Shown in pieces: positions 36,830 to 50,665 of a DNA stretch of 64,000 nt; the first letter of the stretch is position 1; each line of letters begins with the position of its first letter. A program made the position numbers and the translations under genes. The notes under the pieces were generated by a model. It worked only from the letters and a program-made list of their open reading frames with translations, was not told the origin of the DNA and made no database searches. The stretch is from NCBI GenBank assembly GCA_951406725.2, contig OX597818.1, positions 9,734,001 to 9,798,000 of the forward strand, given 5' to 3'. The DNA is from Octopus vulgaris (taxonomy: Eukaryota).

Positions 36830-37089
36830 TTAAATGTTGAAATGAATGTAACTGTTTTTGCGTATTTCTTAAATGGCTTATAAACACCTTCCACGCTGAA
36901 ATTGTTTTCGTTCCAGCACAAGATCTCAGATCAGGTCACTTGTTATGCAAGTACATCCCCATAATTGAATAATAGTATTATTGCAAGAGTCACAGTACTT
37001 GCTTTCGACCCGCTAGAATTAACCACCAAAATTAAACAAAAACATATTGACTATCAATATCAAAAAACAATGATAAAATTAAACTGTGT

Positions 37090-37950
37090 CTATTTCAGAG
37101 AGATCGCATTTTTCATACCTGCGGTGCCACATAAACTCGCAGAGATGAATTCATTGTAGAACGATGAGTTCCACAGCACCGTTTATTCCTTCACATTTTG
37201 TGCATGAGTTCCGTCTTGCGAGTTTACAAATTTAACGCTGTGTTTCACAGTTGTACGGTGAGCTTGGTTGTATGGTGAATATAGGTATCGCAGGCATATG
37301 CGAGTATGCACGTCTCAGGTCACTGTTGTTCCTTGCAGAATTGGTTGTCAAATGCAATCTTCAAATGTGTCACGATCTCGAGAAGGTACAGCAAAAATAA
37401 AGAAAAAAGAACTTCTCGAGTTTCGCGACACACCGAAAATCCACTGTTCGGATAGCATCCGATAATTGGTTGTTGTATTTTCTCCTCGAAAATAAAGTTT
37501 CGTCTATTTCAACAGTTCTGCTGGGACCGCCACCAATCATCATTGTATTGCGGAACAAATTTTCTGCGCAGATCTCCCGTAACTTTTATAATCTCTTGTG
37601 GTAATGATACCAATGACTAATTCCTCCTTATAAAACCTAGTATTTGCCGGGGTTTTTTTTACCCACAGTAGCATAAGCAAAAAGTTTCGACTTCCGCTGT
37701 GAAGACACTAGCTTGAAATATATTGGTTAAAAATATCTATATTTAAATGCCTCTAACTTCTTTATTATTAATTTTCCAAAGTAAGGAATGCAATATTTAC
37801 CATCAACATGCAAAACTACATTACTAGTAGACTTTTTGAAAATTTTCAGACTAGAATTTTATAGTTGGAAGAAAAATGTTCCCATTAGCTTCTTCGCTTC
37901 AGGCAGGCCCAAGTGCTTTCTACATATTGCGTGTCATTCATAACATTTAA
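37090..37950 (-). mobile_element. Merlin (IS1016/ISXO2-like) transposase relics
   Basis: MIGGGPSRTVEIDETLFSRRKYN; TVKHSVKFVNSQDGTHAQNV; separate piece TQYVESTWACLKR. Confidence 0.8.
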
Positions 37951-38157
37951 ATTAAAGTGAATTTCCAATGTGTGTAATTTTTTTTTTATCGAACTCGCTA
38001 TCCACATATATTGGAAGCGAAGTTTAACAGCTAAACTAAACAAAATGGACGAAATATTGTGCCACAGATATAATTTTTGATCGAACTCACGACTCTCGAA
38101 AGACTTACAGGGCACAGCAAATCTATATTAAATATACTTTCATTTTTCTTATGATAA

Positions 38158-38302
38158 AGGCGCAGGCGTGGCTGTCTGGTTAGAAGCTTGCTTCCTAGCC
38201 ACATGGTTCCAGGTTTAGTCACATTGTGTGGAAAGTTGAGCAAGTGTCTTGTGAGTGGGTTTGGTTGAAGAAAACTGAAAGAAGCGCGTCGTATGTGTGT
38301 GT

Positions 38303-38339
<37 letters not shown>

Positions 38340-39565
38340 CGTGTCTCCCACCACCGGTGTAGGTGTTTTTACATCCCCGTAACTTAGCGGCTAGGCAAAA
38401 GAGATCGATAGAATAAGTACCAGGCTTAACAAAAATAAGTACTTGGGTTGATTCATTTGACTAAAAGCCCTTCAAGGCGATGCTCCAGCATGGCTGCGGT
38501 CTATTGACTGAAATAAGTAAAACTTAAAGAACAAAAGAAAATTCTGGTGTTTAAATTTTGTTTACAATCTTTCGTGGGTCGTGTGTTTGATAAAAGATTT
38601 ACATCAGTAAAAATTCCCTTAAAATGCTCGTATTCAACAAGGAGAAACCACTTGAGCTTCCCTCAAGCTAGGAAATAAACGGTGTTGTGGCACACTGTTT
38701 CGTCCATTGCTTTTTAACTGTCATGGTGTAGTTTAAGGAAGATTTTGCCGCTATTTCCGACAGGTCCAGAGAGTATATAAAGGTTTGTGTTCGCTGATAT
38801 CCATGGCAAACGAATAGAATCGTTAACACGTCGTGCAAAGTGCTTAGCGGCATTTCGTCCGTCTTTATGTTCTGAGTTCAGATGCCACCGTGATCGACTT
38901 TGCCTTTCATCCATTCGAGATCGATAAAATAGAAAGCAGCCGAACTCTGGGTTCAATGTAATCGACTCATCCTTTTGCTCAAAATTGCTGGCCTTGACCT
39001 AAAAATTTGAAACCAATGTAGATCAGTATAAAAAATATATGCCTGTAGCTTCTTCATAACACACACACACAAAAATACGAAAGCGATTATCATGATACAA
39101 AACTACAACTGAACTACATTTTCAAAAAATAATCAGGTGAAAATTTGAAAAACTTCAAATAGTTGGAAGAAAATTAACAAATAGGCATAGGCCTGGCTAT
39201 ATGGTAAGAAGCTTGCTTCCCAATCACATGGTACCGGGTTCAGTCCCACTGCGTGACGCCTTGTGCAAGTGTCTTCTACTATAGCCTCGAGCTGACCAAA
39301 GCCTTGTGAGTGGATTTGGCAGACGGAAACTGAATAGAGACCTGTCGTAAATATATATGTATGTATTTATGAATGTGCGTCTTTTGACAACCGATGTTGT
39401 GTTCACGTCTCCGTAACTTAGTAGTTCGGCAAAAGACACCGATAGAATAAATACTAGGCTTACAAAGAATAAGTCCTGGGGTCGATTTGTTCGACTAAAA
39501 CCCTTTAAGGCAGTGCTCCAGTATAGCCGCAAATTACTAAAACAAGTAAAAGAATAAAAGAATAA
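38158..39565 (+). mobile_element. SINE A (38158-38540), SINE B (~38805-39015), SINE A (39184-39565)
   Basis: Family motifs. Confidence 0.85.
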
Positions 39566-41403
39566 AACTCCCTGTTATGACTTTTTAAGGGTTACACTAG
39601 GACTACTTTTCACCGATATTTCCTAATCATCTCAAAAGAGTTTCGGCTGCTATTTCTAGCAAGCCTAGTGGCCCTATAGATGTGCATTCAGAGGCTTTTA
39701 TAGACAGTAGTGGTGGGTGCAAGTGATTTGTAACAGTAAGCATTCCCATGACACCTTGATCAAATCAGAAATTCAGTCCACCCGTTCCTTCTCTTCTCAC
39801 TTCCTGCGTACCATCTCTTTCTTTGTCCATGTGTCTTTGTTTTATGTCTATTTATTTGTGTTAATTCTGAGCACGTCTTATCTGAGGTATTCGTCGACTG
39901 TTTCAGTGTTGCTGATACTGCTACAATGGCGTAGCGAAAAAAAAATTAAGTAGAGAAAGAAGGAGAGACAGACAAAAGAGAAAGAGAGGGAAGAGAGAGA
40001 AAGAGAGAGAGAAACAAAGAGAAAGAAACGAAGAAAGACAAAGAAAGAGAAAGAGATACACACAGAAAAAATGAAATTAGATGTAAAGAAAGCACGAGGA
40101 TGAAAGTGACGCAAAGAGGGAAAAAGAAGGAGGTATAAATAAAGAAATAAAGAAAGGAGAGATGAAAGGGAACTAGAAATACATACAAAGAGAGAGGGAG
40201 AGGGAGAGAGAGTGAAACTGACAGTCAGACAGAGAAACAGAGAGACAAACAAGACAGAAAGTGACAGATCGTGATAAAGAAAAAACAGTTAAAACGAAGG
40301 AGAAATAAAGGAAGACAAAGTTACCTGCTGATAGAGGGGTATGAAGAAGAGTTAGATAAGTATAGGAAAAAGGTAAGAGTGAGATTGTGAAATAGAGTCA
40401 TGGCCATAAAGATGGGGGGAGAGAGAGAGAGATAGGGAATAGGTTCGTCAGAAATCTTGTACGTGAGAGACAGCTAGTATTGTAGGAGAGAAGTAGAGAG
40501 AGTCAAAAATAAACGAAACAAGATAAAATAAAAATGCTAAACATAATAATATGGAGCACCAGGATTTCCATTACGCTTACTAAAGAAGTGATTGTGATGT
40601 CCATGCTAAAGTATATAATAGGCAGTGGTTTCTTTACCTGAATAATGGCAGAGATGGAAGCGAGAAACTGGTAGGGAAGAAAGTGACATGGTATTGTACA
40701 GATTTTAGGGTGAATATAGCGGCTCTAAGAGCGAGAACTGCTGCAGGAGAGTGAATGTTCGATTTAATTGTCATATATAAAGTTTTCTGAATAGAAGAAA
40801 TGTTTACTAGTTCACTGCAACCCCACCCCACCAACCCCCTTCTCTCTCCCCCTATCTCTCGCCCCCCTCTCTCTTTCTAAGTAAAACGATTGCGTGTCTG
40901 TGTCCAGTCGTATGACTATGGTTGCATCTGAATATCTCTCCTTACAGTTAGTTACCTTAGTTATGTGTATATGTGTGTATATACATATACATGTATATAT
41001 ATAAATGTACTAATGTATGTATGTATGCTGAATTACATGTATATGTATGCATGTGTGTGAGTACCTATGTATGTACGTGGTTCAGTAGTTAGATACTGCA
41101 CTCACGAAAGTAAGTTTGTGGTTTCGATTCCTCGATCGGACGAAGTGTTGTGTTTTTGAGCAAAATACTTCATTCCGTATTACTTCAGTGAAATACAGGA
41201 CAATGAAATATACCCCTGTGTTCAGGTTTTCTCGCTTTCATCTTACATATTTTGTATTTCTGTTAGTTTTTGGCAAATAGTTTGTGATAATAAATTCCTA
41301 ATTTCATATGCGACATTTACCAGACTTTTACAACCGCATTTTCTAGAATTGAAATGAGTCTTAGCATTTCCGTAGCTTTATTTACAGGTTGAATTCATAA
41401 AGA

Positions 41404-41597
41404 CGAGGGGTAAAAGTAAATACATGAAGATCAGTTAAATATGGTTTTATTCAACATATTCCCCTCTCAGATTCACACACTAATTGTAGCATCCTTTCAG
41501 TCTTTCTAAGCTCTGTAACAGAACTTGGAAGGTTGGGCCTCCAACAAGGCCTTTCGCAACACCATTAAAGCCAGGAACTTTTCAGCACCTCCTCATA
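41404..41597. mobile_element. Non-autonomous mariner-type MITE
   Basis: Left CGAGGGG..AAAAGT (partly deleted), right AAAGCCAGGAACTTTTCAGCACCTCCTCA-TA. Confidence 0.6.
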
Positions 41598-41923
41598 AAC
41601 ACTCCCACCGACGGGTTTTTTTTTTTTCATTAACCATTCTGATTCTCAGTAGTGACATGTTGCTGCATTTCGTTGTAGTTTTTTTTTTATTTCAATTGTT
41701 ATATCTGTACTAGTATTTTCTTTTCTTTATGTGTGTGTGTGAGTGTGTTGTTTGGCGATATTTTGGGGGGTTATGTTGTGATATGTGTATGGCTTACATA
41801 AATAGTCTTCGATTTTCTGAGGAATATAATATAGTCAGTAAGCATTGCCTTCTAGTATTCTTGTGTCCAACTTTGTTTTGTGGTGCGTAGTATAGTGTCT
41901 TGCGATTATTCCATCGTGTAGAT

Positions 41924-42149
41924 CAGTGTTTTTAAACCGAGGTCCACATATACACTTGGAGGTCCATATCAGATTTGTTTGTTAAAATTTATGTGCAATA
42001 AATTGCTTATTCTTCTACAATACACAAAATATTTCAAATTTTTACACACTTCTCAATAACATTAGTTACAAAAAATACAGTAAGATCATTTTTAATACAT
42101 GACGAGTGGTTAAAAAGGTCCAGTAGAGTAAAGTAGATAAGAACTACTG
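41924..42149 (+). mobile_element. hAT MITE with 8-bp TSD
   Basis: CAGTGTTTTTAAACC...GATAAGAACTACTG; TSD GTGTAGAT (41916-41923) / GTGTAAAT (42150-42157). Confidence 0.8.
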
Positions 42150-42421
42150 GTGTAAATGCATAGAGAGCCTACGTCAGAGCGAACAAGTATGTTTGTCTTC
42201 TATAACAGTTGGAATTCTGAAGTTTACAACTCGCAATTTTACAGACAAAATTGTGGATATATTAATCATTAACAAGTTTTTCACGGCTTTTCATGTTTGT
42301 GAAACGTTTTTCATAAATAGATTTTGAGTTTTTGGTGTTTATGAAGCATATTATTAGTTTAAGTTTATGACGACATTAAGAGATTGCCTCTCTTACGCTT
42401 TAGTGTCGTCTGCCTAGTGTC

Positions 42422-42467
42422 TGTGACGGATGAGGAGATAACTATTCCGAAATGCTAGCATCTCACA
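42422..42467 (+). ncRNA. Minimal type I hammerhead motif with U4G substitution
   Basis: tgtga-CGGATGA-ggag ataacta ttcc-GAAA-tgctagca-TC-tcaca; perfect palindromic stem III ATGCTAGCAT; 5-bp stem I. Confidence 0.75.
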
Positions 42468-42788
42468 CTCTAAGTAGATGGCGCTGCGAGCTGATCTAGA
42501 TGTATACACACTATTTGTCAGAAAGTGAGGCATATTCTCCGAGACAAAAGACAGTGAGTAGATTGTTCCCCAGTTCGAACGTGCATCAAACATATTCGAA
42601 CTGATAATAACATTGCAATTTCACTTATGACTGCTTAGCGCTCCCCCTCCGTAATATATATATGTGTGTGTGCGCGCGCGCGTGTGTGTATGTACGTTTG
42701 TATGCATATATATATATTTAAATATATAAAGAGAGAGAGATGTATATACATAGATATACGCACATTCATGCATACATACATACATACA

Positions 42789-42820
<32 letters not shown>

Positions 42821-43609
42821 AACATACATACATAGAGAGAAGGATACACATGTACAAGTGTGTGTAACGATTTAATTCAATATATCTCTAGATAGCTGAA
42901 GATTAAGGGCTTATGTAATCTGATGAGTTGGCAAATATCATCTAAAGAAACATATGATTTCTATTTGTTTTATTGTTTATTTAGCAGAACAATTGAATGT
43001 TTTCTTATTTTGTGCAATCACCACAGTTACAGCTTACAAATAGTAAACATAGTAAATAACTCTGTTTCAGATGTATGCATACATGTACAAACATACTTAG
43101 ATTTATATATACGTATATATATATATATATATACATATACACGCAAAAATATATGTATACGTGAATTTATACACATTTACCTATATTTTATATATAGTAA
43201 TGCCATGGTAATATACACAGTTACCATCATGCACATACACATATTGTTAGACAAGCAGCTAAGTGTCTTCTGACTAATTTAAGGAAGTACTTGTTAATAT
43301 ATATGTCTAACTTCAGGATAAAGGGTCCTGTATCATGTTAACTTTTTTCTTTCTCTGTTCTTATTTACAGTTTGAGCATATTTTATCATTTCTTTAAAGC
43401 AAAGGGCTTGGGTTTCAGGAAGTTGTACGATTTTACCTTATTGTTTCGTTATTGTACAAAACTTTCGGCAATATAAGTGATACGTTCCTGGAGAGCGGGT
43501 GAATTGAAAAAGTACGTATGTATTGTATGATCGAATGTACTTTTATTGAATATAGAGTAATGCTATTTGATCAGTGTAGCAGCAATGTCAAGCACGTTTC
43601 AAGATTAAT

Positions 43610-44330
43610 GTTTGCTTTTACCATTAAGAGTTTTAAAAGGGATGAAATTAGTAGAGGACAAAGCTGCGCCTGGGCTTCATAAGAATTCGTAGAGTGTGGT
43701 AAATAAATAGTTCCGTCAATCTAGGCCGCTATTGTGCCGTCTGATTGGAAGATATTATTCCAAGTGTTGAGATACGGTTTGAGCCCACAAGCAGGTGGGT
43801 TTCATAGGAGAAACACATGTCACACATAGCAAGAAACCATTGATGTTGAGCAACAATGTTATATTTATCGAATTTCACTGAGGTGTCACCCAACTAGAGG
43901 GTGGCAGTGTAAATTTCCAGTGGTTCGCGCATTACATAAGTGACACTGGTTGTCGTTGAGAAAGACAGACAGAATCAAATTTCTGGAGAACTCAACTGTT
44001 TATTCCTGTCTCCATTAATTTTGAGATATTGAAAGTGTATTCAAGAGGGTGGCAGTTGGCAGGTTCAGATGGATTACCCATTTAGGAGAAATAAGACGCA
44101 CTGAAACGAGTTTCTCATGACTAAGATATATCCTGGAGAGACTTTGTTGAGTATCGGAGCAAGCTCTATCTGTAGTACAATGCCTAGCTTATGGAAGAGA
44201 ATTATTGGCTTAAAGTAAGCAAAGGTGTTTTCGTACTTGGCGTGTGTGCATGTTAGTTGGGGAATCTGTTGAGTAAAAGGGAATAAATTTGGAGAAGATT
44301 TGCCATGTCTTCGTATTAAATAAAATGGGT
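43610..44330 (-). mobile_element. Decayed LINE RT (L2/CR1/Crack group)
   Basis: ELAPILNK; GNPSEPANCHPL..NISKLMETGIN; FLNDNQC..ARTTGNL; relic of NSGVPQG..LS. Confidence 0.65.
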
Positions 44331-46685
44331 AGTCTCTCTCCACGTAAGAACTGTTTACCGAGCTATCATTGTTGAGAGGGGAAAGAAAAAACGAGCCTAT
44401 ATTGTTATTGTCTCCTTTCCTTAAACTTCTTACAATGCTTCTTCTCACGTGGCATTTGCGCATGTATGTATATGTATATAAAGTATTAAGGCCGATTCAA
44501 TTGCCTGTTGGAGTTTCATTGAATACAATAAACTGAAACCGTTTTATTGACATTGATATCAGAGAAATTCTACAATAAACATGTGTCCACTCAGTCCAAA
44601 TATATTATTACTATGCTCTACCATTGTATAGCGAAGTTTTACACTCTTTCACTGACCTTAACGTACTTGCATGCATACATAAATACATACATGCATACAA
44701 ACACAAACACACACATACACGCACATGCACACACACACATATAATGTGTACGTGTGCACAGGCATGCGCGTCTCTTTATCTTCCCAAATAATAACATTGT
44801 ACTTCTCTGACCTTTATCACTGCTAAAATACCACTGCATTTGATGAAAACCAATGACTAAGAAGATTTTATAACCTTACAGGGATTTCTTTCCTTCTGTA
44901 TTCTATTTCCGGTTCAATCTTTGAAACCGTGGGTCTTTCTAAATTACCGCTCTTCGAACTCTTTGACAAAATAGTTTTATATTACTTTCGGGTTGGATTC
45001 TCTCTGTAGTATCTGCATTTATATTTTGCGTTCATTTATTTATTCAGATCATTATCATTATTCCTTCTTTTCCCACTATATATTACTAGTAAAACGTATA
45101 TTCCTCGTGGGTGTTGATTCTGAATGTATCGAGACATCGACTGCCATATATATACATATATATTTAAATTGCTTCGAACGACGCTTGTAATATCTCCTTT
45201 CAATACATGACTATTAACATTGTATTCTGGAAAATTTGATATATTTAACCATTATGGTACAATAAAAGAAAAAAAATTATTAATTAAAAATATAAAAAAA
45301 AGAAATCTAGAGAACGGGAAAAAATCCCAGGGGTTATAAAACTCACTAGTAGCTTATTTCGAAAGAAGCAATCAAGTAGTCCCAGACGTACAGCGAAACA
45401 TTTTGTTATCATAAATAAAACTGCAAGGAAATATCGAAAAGTGAATGCAGCAGTTTTTGTGTGTTCTTTGATGCTTATAATGCCTCTTTCACGATCAACT
45501 GACTAATATACTCATGTGTGTGTGTCTGTGTGTGTGTGTTTGTGCGTGTATGTTGTGGATGTGTGGAGAGAAACATTTATAGATACATATATATACACAC
45601 ACACACATACATACGTGCATACATGCATACATACATACATACGTACGTACATACATACATACATACATACATACATACATACATACATACATACATACAT
45701 ACATACATACATACATACACGTATGCCTCTGTGTCTGTTATATTGAAGACACGGTAATGTTCAAATTTAATCAAATTTTCTTATTAAAAATAAGGGAAGA
45801 ATATGTATACGCATGTATGCATGAAAATATACATATATGTATGTGTGTATATATACATATAAATGTGTGTGAATAAACACACTCACAGGCTAGGGCTTTC
45901 AGTTCGATAATGCTTCTCACAGCTTCACTGAAATATAATATACTGTATATCTACAGCTTATTTGAATAATGTATTTTAGCAAATTAGAGAGCTTATGTTG
46001 GGTCTACTTTAATAACTGAGTAACTCCTGCGACAAAACAATATAAGGTTATAGACCAAGCAATATAATGTTTGAAAAAGAGTTACTCTCAGGCCTGCGTG
46101 GTGAAGGTGCATGGCTAAGTGGTTAGGTTGTCGCACTCATGGTCGTAATATTCTGGTTTCGATACCTACACATCTTTCTGTGAAGCTCCAGTACATTCAG
46201 CTGATACACATGAGTAATCATGCGAGGAACGGACTTCCTGTCCAGTGGATTAACGTATATGACCCAGAATTTTTAAAAAATGGTATTAATCTATGGCTCA
46301 GTAAAGACCTTTGATCTTTTGATGTACGCATAAGCGCATGAGTGTCTGCTTGAGCGTGTGCACGTGCGCGATTGTTTATCGGGAAACGGTATAAACACGG
46401 GGAGATAACCGAAAAACCGGTGCTCGGCAAACAAAATCTCTTGTGTTATTTCTTCCTTCCAGTTATATACGCTCTCTTCCAATTCTCACAATTAGAATTG
46501 TTACGAACTAATCGTCGACTGTTGGAAACCAATGACCAAAGATACACTTGCTTACAATTAGTACTAATTAATGTTATTAATAATAAGATTGGTGGTATAC
46601 TCGAAAGAACATGTTTTACATTGTTTAACTCTTTAAGTTCAAAGTTGAAATCTCACCTTAATTGATTTTATCTAATTGTGAAATT

Positions 46686-46897
46686 TTTACTCTTTTACTC
46701 TTTTACTTGTTTCAGTCATTTCATTGCGGCCATGCTGGAGCAGTGCCTTTAGTCGAGCAAATCAACCCCAGGACTTATTCTTTGTAAGCCTAGTTTTTAT
46801 CCCATTGATCTCTTTTGCCGAACCGCTAAGTTACGGGGTCGTAAATACACCAGCATCGGTTGTTAAGCGATATTGGAGGGGGACAGACACAAACGCA

Positions 46898-46991
<94 letters not shown>

Positions 46992-47164
46992 CATATATAC
47001 GACGGGCTTCTTTTCAGTTTTCGTCTACCAAATCCACTCACAAGGCTTTGGTCGGCCCGAGGCTATAGTAGAAGACACTTGCCCAAGGTGCCACGCAGTG
47101 GGACTGAACCTGGAACCATGTGGTTGGTAAGCAAGCTACTTAACACACAGCCACTCCTGCGCCT
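46686..47164 (-). mobile_element. SINE A, full length and little diverged
   Basis: Begins GGCGCAGGAGTGGCTGTGTG at 47164; ends in (GTAAAAGA)n. Confidence 0.93.
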
Positions 47165-47347
47165 ATTAAAATTGAATAAAACAGTGCATGTGTCTTTTAA
47201 TTACTTAAACTGTCTCTATCATCATACATGAGCTTGAGATAGAAGCAAAATAAGCAGCGGAATATAATGTTTTAATAGGATGTACAAACACCAACATACA
47301 CAAGCGTACATTGTGATATTTAAAGATATGTTACGCGTCACACGAAG

Positions 47348-47390
<43 letters not shown>

Positions 47391-47445
47391 CATAATTACT
47401 ATTTGTAAATCTCTCAACGAGAGACATGCAGTAACAGTACTCTAG

Positions 47446-47683
47446 AGTAAAAGTTATTTGCCAACATAACGTGGCAGTCCTGGTTAGGACGAATATTACT
47501 GCTATTTATCCCCAGTAAACATCTTCTCCAGCTGGCTATATGACACATTATCTGTGTCCCTATATTTCAAGGACACAGATAATGTGTCGTATTGCCAGAT
47601 GGAGACGATGTTTCCTGGGGCTAAATAGCAGTAGCATTCATCCTAACCTGGACTGCCACGTTACGTTGGCAAATAATCCTTAC

Positions 47684-47684
<1 letters not shown>
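47446..47684. mobile_element. 239-bp foldback MITE
   Basis: Whole element is an IR: TTATTTGCCAACATAACGTGGCAGTCC...GACACATTATCTGTGTCC-ctatatttcaa-GGACACAGATAATGTGTC...GGACTGCCACGTTACGTTGGCAAATAA. Confidence 0.9.
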
Positions 47685-47736
<52 letters not shown>

Positions 47737-48049
47737 GTGTGTGGTGTGTGTGTGTGTATGTATGTATGTATATATTACATAATACATATTACGAATGTAT
47801 TTACGTATGAGTGTATGTATATGGATTTTACATCTACATCCATCTTCCTCTCTCTTTCTCTCTCTCTATCTCTTTGTCTCTCTTTCTCTGTACATATGTA
47901 TAACATATATATACGTTTGTGTATGTGTGTGTGTATGTATGGATGTGTGTGCCAACATAAATGCCTGTATACATATGTACATACACACGTTCATACGTAT
48001 ATACATATATAGACACACATGTATGTATGTATGTACATATGTATTGTAT

Positions 48050-48081
<32 letters not shown>

Positions 48082-48879
48082 TGTATGTATGTATGTATGC
48101 ATGTATGTGTGATTATATATGTATATGCAAACAGCAGTGGTTGCACACGCAGGCATAGAGGCGCACAGACACACAGACACACAGACACACACAAATTGCT
48201 GTGTACATTAACATGCGTATTTGGGATTTTTCCCCTCTTACACAATTAACAAAGGAATGTATCTGCACGTTCAGGCATCAGCATGCATACATGCATGCGT
48301 GCATGCTGATGCATTTGCATTATTTTGTTATGCACAAGTTCAACAGATCTTGTTTGATGTATTTCTGACAGATGTGGTGCGAAGTGTGTTCTTCTGAACT
48401 CAGAAACAAACCAGCTACAGTAGACACGCTCTTAAATAGGCATTCTACTAACATTTGTGTCACATCAATGACTCACTTACTCGATTTGGTAAATGTTTAG
48501 TTTGGCAGCAAGAAAGTCATTTCAGTTAAGTTGCTGAATTTCTCGTTGCATAACGGCACTTGAATGGGGAAAATGGTATTTCTTGCGAAATATATTTGTT
48601 GTTGTCTATATATATTCATTTATCGACTGATTCTTTTCTTTTTCTTTTATATCTTTATTTTCTGCTGAATTACCTCCATCACCGAGTCAGATTTCTACTT
48701 CATGTTCCACAAATCTTGTCATCGCTGTTGTTTTTTTCCAATTGGCGTTGTTTCTTTTTTTGTTCTGTTACATAATATTTGCATTACGCTAAATCGAAGA
48801 TAACATACACAAGCATATAATAAAAAATAAAAAGCGCAGCAAAACAAAGCAAATATTCGAGCCAACAAGGGATCCTGTA

Positions 48880-49310
48880 CGTGGTCCATTGATCTGTTAA
48901 AAATAGCAGCGAAATTTCCTCGAAATTGTATTCCATAATCTTAACAAGAAGGAAGAATTATTAGATAATACAGAGGTAGATAATAGCAAACAAGTCTGAT
49001 TAGTCACACTTGGAATGACTTTGGTCATTTCAAGTCTGCAGGATCAAGGACTAACAGGGGTTTTACAACAACGAAAACGCTAGTTAATGAAGATGTTTCT
49101 ACACGGTCGTTAAGCGTGCTAGAAATGACAGTCAAGAGGTCCTCTCTCAAATTACACCTACTGTCTGAAATAAAAGAATATATTTGATAATGCTGTGTCT
49201 TTGTTTAGTTGTTTTTTGTTTCATGCATTTAAAGATGAGAAATTAACACAGCTGGAATAATTTTCATGATATATATTCACTTAGGTTTGGCCTGGGTTTA
49301 TAAGGACAAC
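48880..49310 (+). repeat. Two tandem copies of an old ~200-bp dispersed repeat (GCTAGAAATAGCAGC motif); relics also near 24760, 27970-28150, 35755, 36470, 38700, 39640, 60260-60460
   Basis: Recurrent TAGAAATAGCAGC..CTC and CTGGAAT..TTTGATCA..CCTGGGG..AACAAC motifs, seen by eye. Confidence 0.5.
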
Positions 49311-49413
49311 ATCCTTGGAAAGTCCATTAACTTCATTATACATGCTGAGATAATGAAACAAATACTTCTACTTGGCTTCGCTTTCGTTTGCTTTTTATTA
49401 TCATCATCATTTC

Positions 49414-49490
<77 letters not shown>

Positions 49491-49764
49491 ACAATTGAGG
49501 GTAAAATTAATTAATCAATTTCACCAAGTGTTCAGTATGTAAAAGGACCATTTAAGGCGAATTCAAAATATTACATTATATAATTAGGGCTTAGTAAAAT
49601 AAATTACTTTGCCACATACTGAACTTAGTAGAAATAGCAGCCCAAAAAAATTTTTTTAGCCATTTCTACTACTTAAAGAAAATTTCTCTCAGATAATGTT
49701 TACTCCAGACAGCTCACGAAGGTTTGGAGGTAAATACAGAAAAATATCACAAGTACATAGATCG

Positions 49765-49827
49765 TTTGAGTACGTCAACGTTTCAAGATTAGCCAAATAA
49801 AATCAACATTTCTTTCGTCAGCTCAAA
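49765..49827 (-). ncRNA. Type I hammerhead ribozyme, canonical core (copy 1)
   Basis: tttgag-CTGACGA-aaga(22 nt)tctt-GAAA-cgttgacg-TA-ctcaaa. Confidence 0.88.
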
Positions 49828-50279
49828 ATTTCTTAATTTGGATTTAGAAACACTAAAAAGAAGGAACTTGTCGCTTCAAACGAACCAGCTCCAACTGAAG
49901 TGCCAACAAATTCAAAATGCGCAGGCGTAAATTTCTGCACTCCTTTTCCACTCACGTGGTCTATCTAGCAAACATTATATTTTAACCGCGAGAACCAAGG
50001 CAGTATGACAGAGAGAAATGAATTATAATATCAACAATTGAGGGTAAAATTAATTAATCAATTTCACCAAGTGTTCAGTATGTAAAAGGACCATTTAAGG
50101 CGAATTCAAAATATTACATTTTATAATTAGGGCTTAGTAAAATAAATTACTTTGCCACATACTGAACTTAGTAGAAATAGCAGCCCCAAAAATTTTTTTA
50201 GCCATTTCTACTACTTAAAGAAAATTTCTCTCAGATAATGTTTACTCCAGACAGTGTTTCCAAATCCAAATTAAGAAAT

Positions 50280-50342
50280 TTTGAGCTGACGAAAGAAATG
50301 TTGATTTTATTTGGTTAATCTTGAAACGCTGACGTACTCAAA
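50280..50342 (+). ncRNA. Type I hammerhead ribozyme (copy 2; one stem III change)
   Basis: tttgag-CTGACGA-aaga..tctt-GAAA-cgctgacg-TA-ctcaaa; predicted cut after 50336. Confidence 0.85.
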
Positions 50343-50665
50343 CGATCTATGTACTTGTGATATTTTTCTGTATTTACCTCCAAACCTTCGTGAGCTGTCT
50401 GGAGTAAACATTATCTGAGAGAAATTTTCTTTAAGTAGTAGAAATGGCTAAAAAAATTTTTTTGGCTGCTATTTCTACTAAGTTCTCGCGGTTAAAATAT
50501 AATGTTTGCTAGATAGACCACGTGAGTGGAAAAGGAGTGCAGAAATTTACGCCTGCGCATTTTGAATTTGTTGGCACTTCAGTTGGAGCTGGTTCATTTG
50601 AAGCGACAAGTTCGCAAGAGGTAAAGTTCCTTCTTTTTAGTGTTTCCAAATCCAAATTAAGACAT

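Larger units (their letters stand above)
36619..36965. mobile_element. 289-bp palindrome (arms 36619-36762 and 36764-36907) plus a short extension; probable head-to-head PLE pseudo-LTR insertion
   Basis: CAGCGTGGAAGGTGTTTATAAGCCATTTAAGAAATAC and its exact reverse complement; 1-nt spacer at 36763. Confidence 0.85.
41770..42620 (-). mobile_element. Old PLE relic: GIY-YIG fragment (minus, ~41770-42350) plus an inverted hammerhead-bearing segment (plus)
   Basis: IHNFVCKIASCKLQNSNCYRRQT / CSL*RRLSMHL|HDGIIARHY reads through once the hAT MITE is removed. Confidence 0.6.

Noticed and set aside
48275-48312. 38-bp near-perfect palindrome GCATCAGCATGC...GCATGCTGATGC
   Set aside because: Largely built from self-complementary (ATGC)n low-complexity sequence
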